Source: a bacterium
GTDB lineage: Bacteria > Hinthialibacterota > Hinthialibacteria > Hinthialibacterales > Hinthialibacteraceae
NCBI GenBank assembly: GCA_041946805.1
Contig: JBHGBC010000040.1
Coordinates: 1 to 41,029 of the forward strand
DNA: 41,029 nt
Direction: 5' to 3'
A model generated the notes under the pieces. The model was given only the letters and a program-made list of their open reading frames with translations. It did not search any database and was not told where the DNA came from. Positions 1 to 7,550 of this stretch are shown here, piece after piece (position 1 is the stretch's first letter; the number at the start of each line of letters is the position of its first letter). Made by a program: the position numbers and the translations under genes.

Positions 1-87
1 AGGGAATTTGGGATTGATCTCCCGAACCAGTCTGATTGAGAACGGGCCGCGTTTTCGGAAGAAAAATAAGCATTTACCGGATGAACC
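1..87 (+). repeat. Partial copy of a dispersed repeat (inverted copy at 11407-11493)
   Basis: AGGGAATTTGGGATTGATCTCCCGAACCAG...CCGGATGAACC aligns without gaps to the reverse complement of 11407-11493. Confidence 0.8.
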
Positions 88-162
88 AGAAAAAAGCACA
101 GCGCGGAGGTTTTTCACTTTCTCCCAGAAGAAGCGGGGAGAGAGAGGTTGGATTGTTGATCC

Positions 163-2037
163 TTATTGGCTTTTCCGGACCAGCGCCACCCAATCCTGAT
201 CGCGGCTTTCGGGGGCTTCGCCCAAGGAGCGATTGCCCGGACCGGTGACTGCGGCCACGGTTCCCTCCCGCAATTCGCCTCCCTGGCGGGGATCATACCA
301 GCGCACGGTGTATGTCCCGCCGGGCAGTGTCAGTTCGGTACTGCTTCCGTTGGGCAAGTAGATCGCGTATATCTCGCCTTCCTTGGCCAGACAATAATCA
401 TCCGGCAAGGATGTGAGTTCGTCGTGAAACGTCATTTCCGGGAAGGGAAGATGCCGCTGGAAAAATTCCAGGGCGTAACGCGTGTAATCCCACATCCGGT
501 CCCGGGAGCGCCAATCCTCGCAGTTCAAATCGTTGTGGGCATAGCGGTACCCGAAGTACCATTCCACGCCCGCACCGCCCGCCATTAGGTTGCCCCACAA
601 CGCGTGCTGGCGGATCTCCCGGTGTTCGGGATCCTCCGCGTCCGGCTTGACGCCGGTATGCGAGGGACCGATTTCATCCAAGAACACGGCCCAGGGATGG
701 CCGGTCTGTGTGGAGCGTGCGATCCATTTTATTGTCTCCGCGTGGGTTTCTTTCATGTCGCCCATTTGGAGTGAGGGACCCGTGAATCCGGGAAGTTCCA
801 GCAGCGGTGTGTACGCTTCCTCGTATCCGCCCGGGTACGTGTGAAGCACGATCGGATGACCGTAGGGATCCAATGCGCCGATATATTCGACGAACGCTTG
901 GCGTTGCTCCGTGGTGTTGGTGTTTTCTTCGCCCAGGTTCCACACCAGCCCCAGGTGATGCCCAAACCGGGCGGTCAATTCGCGGTAATACAATTTACGT
1001 TCCCGGCCCAAATCGCCGCCATCCAGCAGTTGATCATTTTCGGTTTCTTGTGTGATGACGTGCAGCAGGAGGCCCAAGCGGTCCATATGGGTGAAGACAA
1101 TCTCCCATTGGTCCAGCTTGCTGCAGTCGAACCGGAAACGTTCATCGGGGCCGGTCCAGGGCCAGACATCGTTGCCATCCCCCTTCACGTTCATAGTGAG
1201 GAAATAAACTGAATTCATCCCCTTGCCGGCCAAGTAGTTCAACGCGCCGATGATGTTTTTTCCTTTTCCATCCCGCCAGGTGGGATCGCCGGGACGCCAA
1301 TCGCCGGCATGAGGTTCATAACGGTGCAGTCCGGCGGATTTGGCTTCGCCTTCCCGGGCCTCGGCGGTCAGATCGCCGGTCCGGAAGGTCTGGTCGAACT
1401 CTTCGTAGGCCAGGAAATTTTCCGGACTGTCCGCGCCGCCCTTGAGGAAATATTCGCCATTTCCAGAGAAGCGCAGGTAGCGGCCGCCCGCATGCCGCAG
1501 GAATCCCTTCGCGCGGAAATCGCGTCCCGTTTTATCCGAGGGATGTATATCGAAAGCGCCCCAAGCTCCGTTGAACGAGAACGGCTCACCCTTGGTTTCC
1601 AGGGGCAGGATGGCGATGTCTGTTTTCGTTACGAATTCCGTGGTGTATTGCCACCGTCCCGGCGCATCGGGGACGAAATGCGCCCGCCAGCGGTTGCCGC
1701 GCGTCGCGCCGCTCTCCGCCGCGTGGCCGTCGGCGGCGAAATATCCTGGAATCCGGTAGATCTTGTGGCCCTGTGTGAACCGCACGGTCAGCCGGTAATC
1801 GAGGAACGGATTGGGATTACCCTGTTCGTCCCGTTCCGGCCCGGTGAAGGACAGGGTGATGACGTGCCATGGTTTCAATTCCCCGGTGATTTCGACCTTG
1901 GAATTCGAAGTTCCCTCCACGGCGGCGGCAAGCGGGGAAATGGGGATGGCTGATATCCCCAACACGATCAGCGGCCAGAAGGAGAATAGTGAAATGAACG
2001 AGAGATTTCTTTCATGTCGGAAGCAAGCGGCCGGCAT
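163..2037 (-). CDS. Secreted DUF5060-domain protein (glycoside hydrolase-like TIM barrel plus C-terminal putative collagen-binding-type domain)
   Basis: Hydrophobic N-terminus; NPFLDYRL, GYFAADG, WNLGEEN and WYDPRQG...DWV motifs typical of DUF5060/DUF4038-type proteins; start placed at ATG 2037 behind AAAGGA (ORF is open to 2115). Confidence 0.75.
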   Translation of the reverse strand: MPAACFRHERNLSFISLFSFWPLIVLGISAIPISPLAAAVEGTSNSKVEITGELKPWHVITLSFTGPERDEQGNPNPFLDYRLTVRFTQGHKIYRIPGYFAADGHAAESGATRGNRWRAHFVPDAPGRWQYTTEFVTKTDIAILPLETKGEPFSFNGAWGAFDIHPSDKTGRDFRAKGFLRHAGGRYLRFSGNGEYFLKGGADSPENFLAYEEFDQTFRTGDLTAEAREGEAKSAGLHRYEPHAGDWRPGDPTWRDGKGKNIIGALNYLAGKGMNSVYFLTMNVKGDGNDVWPWTGPDERFRFDCSKLDQWEIVFTHMDRLGLLLHVITQETENDQLLDGGDLGRERKLYYRELTARFGHHLGLVWNLGEENTNTTEQRQAFVEYIGALDPYGHPIVLHTYPGGYEEAYTPLLELPGFTGPSLQMGDMKETHAETIKWIARSTQTGHPWAVFLDEIGPSHTGVKPDAEDPEHREIRQHALWGNLMAGGAGVEWYFGYRYAHNDLNCEDWRSRDRMWDYTRYALEFFQRHLPFPEMTFHDELTSLPDDYCLAKEGEIYAIYLPNGSSTELTLPGGTYTVRWYDPRQGGELREGTVAAVTGPGNRSLGEAPESRDQDWVALVRKSQ

Positions 2038-2248
2038 AATTTCTTTCCTTTGGGCAGGGATTGATGCCAATGATTCCATATTCCCTGATTTACGGGATGA
2101 TGTGAATCCCGGCACAGGCCATGGGGGTTGGTCCGGGGATTTTTCCGGAAGGATCGACTCGGCATTCTTTTCAGTGGTCGCTTGATCTTCCGGTCTCCTT
2201 TTAGGACAATGAAAGGCACTTCAATTTCATGGGAAAGGATGAAAACCA

Positions 2249-3175
2249 ATGCATGACGCAAAATCCTGCCGTTTCACGATTCCGATGATTGCCGCGCTGG
2301 CCGGCGTATTGTTCCTCTGGATGTCGGGCATCCTCCCCTCATCCGCCGCGGCGGCCGATGAGTTGCGGATCATCGTGTTCGGGGCGCACCCGGACGATTG
2401 CGAAATCAGCGCGGGCGGCTGTGCCATCAAATGGTCCAAGCAGGGCCACAAGGTGAAGTTCGTCTCCACCACCAACGGCGATATCGGCCATTCGGTCTCG
2501 GCCGGCGGGCCGCTGGCCATCCGGCGGATTCAGGAGGCGCAGGCCGCGGCCAAGGTTCTCGGCGTCGAAACCCAGGTTTTGGATATCCATGACGGGGAAC
2601 TCATGCCCACCCTGGAAAACCGCAAGACCGTCATCCGCCTGATCCGGGAATGGAACGCCGACATTGTCATCACCAACCGCACGAATGATTACCATCCCGA
2701 CCACCGCTATACCGGCATCCTGGTGCAGGACGCGGCCTACATGGTGACAGTGCCTTTCATCTGCCCGGATGTCCCGCCGTTGAAAAAGAATCCGGTCTTC
2801 CTGTACTGCCCGGATGATTTTCAGAAGCCCAATCCCTTCCAGGCCGATATCGTGGTTTCGATCGACGATGTGATCGACCAGAAGACCCGCGCGCTGGCCT
2901 GCATGGTGTCGCAGTTCCAGGAATACGGCGCCAACGGCCCCGGCGATCCCGCCAAATTTTTCCAGGGCGACGAGCAGGAGCAGTCCGATTTCATCCGGAA
3001 ACGGTTTGGCGGTTATCACCGGGTTTGGGATTCCTGGCGTCCGATCCTGGAAAAATATTACGGGGCGGAAAAGGCGAAGAATATCCGGAACGTCGAGGCT
3101 TATGAACTCTGCGAATACGGCCGGCAACCTTCCATGGAAGAATGGAAGGTGCTGTTTCCCTTTTTCTCCAACTGA
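2249..3175 (+). CDS. PIG-L/LmbE family deacetylase with signal peptide
   Basis: GAHPDD metal motif, TNGDIG, DYHPDH; N-terminal signal ending SAAA. Confidence 0.9.
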   Translation: MHDAKSCRFTIPMIAALAGVLFLWMSGILPSSAAAADELRIIVFGAHPDDCEISAGGCAIKWSKQGHKVKFVSTTNGDIGHSVSAGGPLAIRRIQEAQAAAKVLGVETQVLDIHDGELMPTLENRKTVIRLIREWNADIVITNRTNDYHPDHRYTGILVQDAAYMVTVPFICPDVPPLKKNPVFLYCPDDFQKPNPFQADIVVSIDDVIDQKTRALACMVSQFQEYGANGPGDPAKFFQGDEQEQSDFIRKRFGGYHRVWDSWRPILEKYYGAEKAKNIRNVEAYELCEYGRQPSMEEWKVLFPFFSN

Positions 3176-3270
3176 ACCGGCGGGGATTACCAGCGGGAGC
3201 GATGAGCATCGTTCGCATCGATAGGTCATGCGCGGCCCGCCATACCATCCACTCTGTATTCACCCAGAAA

Positions 3271-3298
3271 GCAGGGGCACGTGGCCACGTGCCCCTGC
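3271..3298. repeat. Perfect 28-bp palindrome, REP-like (relatives at 20496-20523 and 40888-40915)
   Basis: GCAGGGGCACGTGG|CCACGTGCCCCTGC is its own reverse complement; lies between convergent genes. Confidence 0.8.
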
Positions 3299-3400
3299 GG
3301 TTTTTTCCCCTCTGGCCGGTCACGGGAGCATCCCGAAAGCAGCAATTGCTTTATACGGGGATGGGGTGGGATGGATTACACACGGCGCGCTGATCCCACC

Positions 3401-4792
3401 CTATGGTTCACTCATCCAACGGAACTCATGATGCCGGGCCCACCGGCAACCCTCGGGGAACGAATCGTTGAGCATGATGCCCTTGGCGATGCAGTAACGG
3501 CAGTATGACTGATACCGGCAATCGCCGCACACGTCCGGGGCGGGCAGCCGCAGGGTTCTCCACCGGTGGGCGGCGGGACTGTTGAAGACCTCTTCCAAGG
3601 ATTGATGGAAGAGATTGCCGAAGGTGATATAACTATCATCCAAGATCACGCACGGCCGGATGTCTCCCAACGCGCCCAGGATGAAACTGCCGAATCCCGC
3701 CCCGCAGCCGTTTTCCTGGATGCTCTCCAAGGCCGGCCGCGGGATCTTCGTCAACATATCCGCGTATTGTTCCTGTTGGATCTTCTCGAATTCCCGCAGC
3801 AGAAGTTCCCGCCGCACGCGGGACATTTCCCATTGCGTGGTCTTGCCCCGGCCCCAGGGAGAGACGGTGTTGTGGCTGAACCACCGCGCTCCCAGGGACC
3901 GGGCCAGTTTCAAGGTGGCTTCGATGTCGTCCACCGTCGATTCGTGCACGCACATGGCCACGCGGACCATCAGGCCCCGTTCAGTCAGCCGGCGGATGCC
4001 CGCCACCGTCCGGTTCCAGCTGCCCGGGACGCCCCGGATCCGGTCGTGGTTCTCGGGCCGCGACGCGTCCAGGGAGACGTTGAAGATCAATCGGTCTCCG
4101 TGGCAAGCGAATTGGTCCGCGAGCGAATCCGTGATCAGGGTGCCGTTGGTCAGAATGCCGAACGGGCTGAACCGTTCCGCGCAGAATTCCACGATTTCGC
4201 GGAAATCCGGATGCAGCAGGGGCTCGCCGCCGGTCAACTCGATGGCGCGCAATCCGTGGCGCCGCAATTCCTCCAGAACGCGGAAGAGGTCCCCGATGAG
4301 GGCCGTTTCGGTCCGGGAAGGGGAGGAATGGCCATAGCAGTGGCTGCAGCGCAGATTGCAGCGGGTGGTCAGTTCCACCACCAGATTGCACGGGATATGG
4401 AAATCGCAACGGCCGGTCGCTTGCACCGCGCCGGGATGCGGTTCGTCCGCCAAGCCCAGCCGGTTCTTCTGGATGAAAGAATGGAAAAATTCCAGGGCTC
4501 CGGTCCAGGTCTGGAAGAAATCTTCGCCGTACTGTTCGCAGTAGGCGAGGATGATGCCGTTGAGGTTGGTTTGACCATCCACGAAAGGCAGAAAGCGGGC
4601 GTACTCCACCGGCAAGTACCCGGAGCCCTCGCCATGGAACGCCGGTTCCCCCTCGTCCCTGGCTTTCCAGAAAAGCATGGCCTTGTCGGGCATGAAGTGC
4701 ACGGACATTTGGTTCCGGGCATAAGGATATTTGCCGAGCAGTTCAACCGCGGAAAAAGGTGAATCGGAACGGATGGGATTCATGAAGGTCAT
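3401..4792 (-). CDS. albA: AlbA-like radical SAM/SPASM sactipeptide maturase with N-terminal RRE (PqqD-like) domain
   Basis: CNLRCSHC radical SAM motif, LTGGEP, LTNGTL; SPASM cysteines CGAG...GDIRPC...CGDC...YCRYC...CRWA; ~120-aa N-terminal extension with VDGQTN; colinear with B. subtilis AlbA as recalled (VRVAM, GRG, CGAG, GNxFHxSxExxFNSP, KG, CxWA); adjacent to a subtilosin-like precursor. Confidence 0.9.
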   Translation of the reverse strand: MTFMNPIRSDSPFSAVELLGKYPYARNQMSVHFMPDKAMLFWKARDEGEPAFHGEGSGYLPVEYARFLPFVDGQTNLNGIILAYCEQYGEDFFQTWTGALEFFHSFIQKNRLGLADEPHPGAVQATGRCDFHIPCNLVVELTTRCNLRCSHCYGHSSPSRTETALIGDLFRVLEELRRHGLRAIELTGGEPLLHPDFREIVEFCAERFSPFGILTNGTLITDSLADQFACHGDRLIFNVSLDASRPENHDRIRGVPGSWNRTVAGIRRLTERGLMVRVAMCVHESTVDDIEATLKLARSLGARWFSHNTVSPWGRGKTTQWEMSRVRRELLLREFEKIQQEQYADMLTKIPRPALESIQENGCGAGFGSFILGALGDIRPCVILDDSYITFGNLFHQSLEEVFNSPAAHRWRTLRLPAPDVCGDCRYQSYCRYCIAKGIMLNDSFPEGCRWARHHEFRWMSEP

Positions 4793-4834
4793 CCACCGGG
4801 CCTGCGGCCTGTCCTGAAATCCACTCGGCCGTCA

Positions 4835-5464
4835 TTACTGGGGGCTCACCGCGGCCGCCAGGCCCCACAGCCCGCCCAGGCCGACGATGCCCGCGACTTC
4901 GAAATCGGGAATGGGCCCATCCGCCAGGCACGCCGCGCACGCCGCGCAGGCCGAACAGCTCGCGCAGCCCGAGGCGGCCTTGATGTCCGTGGGGATGGTG
5001 GGGCGCAGGGGATCGCGGAACGAGAATTGGTCCACGAATTCCGCGATCGAGATCGTTTCCTCGAACATACCCCCCTCCACCGGCATGAAGACCGTCATAT
5101 TGCCCGTGAAGGTCCGGAGATTTTCGGGCGAGACGATTTGCGCGGCGGCCTGGGAACTGAGGGGATTGTTCATTTCCATGACCGTCCCGAAGGTCTCGGT
5201 CTCCTTCAGACGGTAGAGGTGCATGGTCAGCGTGGTTTGCGCGAAGGGGGATTTGCACACGCGAATCCGCTGAAAGCCGCGCTCCAGCATGACATTGTGC
5301 AACATCTTGGCGGCGCCGTTGACGGGTTCGGTCCCTTCCGTGTCCTGGCTGAACGCGTTCTTCTGCAGCGCGGCCGCGGCGAACAGCAAGCCCGCGCTCA
5401 TCCACCCCGATTGGGCCAACAGGTCCCGCCGGTTCAGCTTGTTTTCCTCCACTGGTTGGTTCAT
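4835..5464 (-). CDS. Tat-signal protein with C-terminal subtilosin A-like sactipeptide core (RiPP precursor fusion)
   Basis: GGAGG RBS before ATG; NRRDLL followed by a hydrophobic stretch and AFS cleavage-like site; C-terminus SGCASCSACAACAACLADGPIPDFEVAGIVGLGGLWG-LAAAVSPQ resembles subtilosin A (NKGCATCSIGAACLVDGPIPDFEIAGATGLFGLWG). Confidence 0.9.
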   Translation of the reverse strand: MNQPVEENKLNRRDLLAQSGWMSAGLLFAAAALQKNAFSQDTEGTEPVNGAAKMLHNVMLERGFQRIRVCKSPFAQTTLTMHLYRLKETETFGTVMEMNNPLSSQAAAQIVSPENLRTFTGNMTVFMPVEGGMFEETISIAEFVDQFSFRDPLRPTIPTDIKAASGCASCSACAACAACLADGPIPDFEVAGIVGLGGLWGLAAAVSPQ

Positions 5465-5492
5465 GGCCGTTTCCTCCCCAATTTTTGAATGA

Positions 5493-6254
5493 TTATGGTT
5501 GATCGATGAACAACCAATCTTCGATATCGGTTTCCGAAGGCCTCTGACAATCCCACAGCCGTTGCCGCGGGAGGGGATTGCTGGGAATCAATGTCCGGCA
5601 TTCCCAGGTAAATCCGGCGGGCGGCTGGGGCCCCAGTGCCGCACACTCCCAGACCCGGGAGCGGGGAACCGCCTGCCCGGGAACCAATTCCCGGCAGTCC
5701 CACGCGAAGCCCAACGGCGGTTGGACGGGTACCGCGGCGCAATCCCACACATGCGCGCGGGGCAGGGGATTGGTGGGGATCAGGGCATGGCAATCCCATT
5801 GCCATCCGCCCGGCGCGGCGCCGGGAACGGCGCACTGCCATTGGCGGAGTCTTGGGATCAGGGGCGATGGGATTAATTCGGCGCACTCCCACGCGAATCC
5901 CGGGGCGGGCGGCTGGAGAGGTACGCACACCCATGCCCCGCGGGCGGGAAGGGGCGGCGTCGAGAGCAAATTCCAACACGCCCAGGATGATTCTTGTGGA
6001 GGTGCTGCAACCGGAGTCACGCATTCCCATATCCGGTTTTTAGGCAGGCGCGGAGTGGGCAGAAGCTCCACGCACGTCCAGGGATGGCCGGCCGAAGGAA
6101 GAGCCAGATTGACGCATTGCCAGATATGGGTGGTGGCTTTGGGTGGAGTATCCGCCAGGGTCAGGCAGTTCCATTCCAGAGCGGCTGCCGTGGAAGCGCC
6201 GCATAGGGTGAACAGCAGGGTGATCCGGAATATCCAACGCCATCGTGGAAACAT
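5493..6254 (-). CDS. Secreted Trp/Cys/Pro-rich repeat protein (14 W-x-C motifs), unknown function
   Basis: GGAGG RBS before ATG 6254; Sec-type signal (RWRWIFRITLLFTLCGASTAAA); regular repeats; stops 28 bp before the next gene. Confidence 0.8.
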   Translation of the reverse strand: MFPRWRWIFRITLLFTLCGASTAAALEWNCLTLADTPPKATTHIWQCVNLALPSAGHPWTCVELLPTPRLPKNRIWECVTPVAAPPQESSWACWNLLSTPPLPARGAWVCVPLQPPAPGFAWECAELIPSPLIPRLRQWQCAVPGAAPGGWQWDCHALIPTNPLPRAHVWDCAAVPVQPPLGFAWDCRELVPGQAVPRSRVWECAALGPQPPAGFTWECRTLIPSNPLPRQRLWDCQRPSETDIEDWLFIDQP

Positions 6255-6387
6255 GGTCAATACCTCCCCGGATGATAGAGCCGATCCATTCGTTCATATA
6301 ATAAAGGTTCATCCGATGCGTACGTACATTTTTCGGTACGCATGGCCGGATATCGATTGGACAGGTGGGAGAGAACCACCCTAAATC

Positions 6388-6423
6388 CCCTCTCCCTCTG
6401 GGAGAGGGTGGCCAGGATGAGGG
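6388..6423 (+). repeat. CCCTCTCCC-N3-GGGAGAGGG REP-like hairpin
   Basis: Same motif at 11490, 26123, 27681, 28920, 36758; degenerate copies near 7141, 14312, 17308, 17487. Confidence 0.8.
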
Positions 6424-6859
6424 AAAGCCTTGCCTCGGCGCCGGTCCCCCCGGCGGAATCCTATACGCCGGGCGGGAAGGAAATTATTATCCTTCGCTTC
6501 GAAGTCAGGGAATTGAAACACCAAATCCTCATCCTGTGCGCACATGGCGGAAAAACTTTAATAAACACATGTATTTATATTATTTGAGGCAATAAAATGA
6601 CTTTTTATTTTCCTGAGCGGGATGGGGCGCCTTCCTCCAATGACCAGAAGTGATAACAAATGATGGTTGTACGCTGGCTGAAAAGAAGTCTTCTTCGGAA
6701 TGAATTCATCATTTCATGGATCGCTCTTTCTGTCAAGAATTTTTTTCAAAAAATTATATTAAAGCATTCGATATTTTTTTAACCATGTCTTGCGGTATGC
6801 GAAGGTGGGCTATCCGGATGGATAGACAATTGGGCACGATTCATACAGGTCAAGATTAT

Positions 6860-7080
6860 CAGGAGGAACTGGAGTGGAATGGCGCGAAGGAAGTAAATCG
6901 CTGGGATCAAGTAACAGGGAAGAAAACTCAAAGATTTTTGGGAGAACCGGGTTGTGACAATATCAATCTCGCGATACTAAGTGTTTCGAAGGAGTGTATA
7001 TTGAGTGTCCAGCCGTGGGCCGTGATGGAGGAAGGGTAGGGCCATTTTGCCTGCATGGGAATTGGCAAGATCAACCGCCG
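6860..7080 (+). pseudogene. Possible decayed WD40-repeat gene fragment
   Basis: VNRWDQVTGKKTQRFLGEPGCDNINLAILSVSKECILS resembles one WD40 repeat; interrupted by a stop, with AILPAWELA in another frame. Confidence 0.3.
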
Positions 7081-7240
7081 ATGCGTGCATTTTCCCAAGG
7101 GTGTGACCGGTTCCCAATGAAACCGGCCCGGGGGAACCACCCCAACCCCTCTGGGAGAGGAATAGGGTGAGGGAATTTTCATTGGAGCGGACCTTTGTAT
7201 CGCTTATCCCATCAAGTGGATGGCCCCTTTGTCACAATCC

Positions 7241-7328
7241 AGTACGCATTTACCGGATGAACCGTTTTTATGGCTCATCCGGCAGGCGCGTACTTTTTCA
7301 ACCGGCTCGGCGGGAGCCCCGCCCTCCC
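7241..7328. repeat. Inverted pair GTACGC..CCGGATGAACC / GGCTCATCCGG..GCGTAC plus CGGCTCGGCGGGAGCCCCGCCCTCCC repeat
   Basis: Both motifs recur together at 29024-29190. Confidence 0.7.
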
Positions 7329-7550
7329 CCAAGTGAAAGAGGGGATCTTGGGTAAATATCCCCGCCCTGTTTGATGGGATTCTGTTCTTAGTGCATGGAA
7401 AATATACTCATTAGCCTGATGAATCCTAAATATAGTACGCCGGATTTCTGTGTGCTATGTTGACATGGGATTTTACTCCCTGATCAATCGGATCAAGAAT
7501 CTCACCTTGGAAAGAACCGAACGCCTATCGAGGTCAGAGGTTAAGAAATC

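Noticed and set aside
163..200. QDWVALVRKSQ at the end of the DUF5060 protein as a third DW sorting motif
   Set aside because: DWV is part of the conserved final strand of that domain family, not an appended tail
2249..3175. PIG-L deacetylase as a tailoring enzyme of the sactipeptide cluster
   Set aside because: Convergent orientation, separated by repeats, no known role in sactipeptide pathways
3566..4762. 398-aa plus-strand ORF opposite the rSAM gene (and similar long antisense ORFs at 26401-27678, 14554-15666, 12860-14017)
   Set aside because: Shadow ORFs expected from high-GC codon bias; no motifs
4743..5405. Alternative-frame 220-aa ORF overlapping the precursor
   Set aside because: Arg/Gly-rich with no RBS or motifs; the 4835-5464 frame has the RBS, Tat signal and core
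7460..7488. TTGACA upstream of the SbcD-like gene as a promoter
   Set aside because: No convincing -10 hexamer at 16-18 bp spacing
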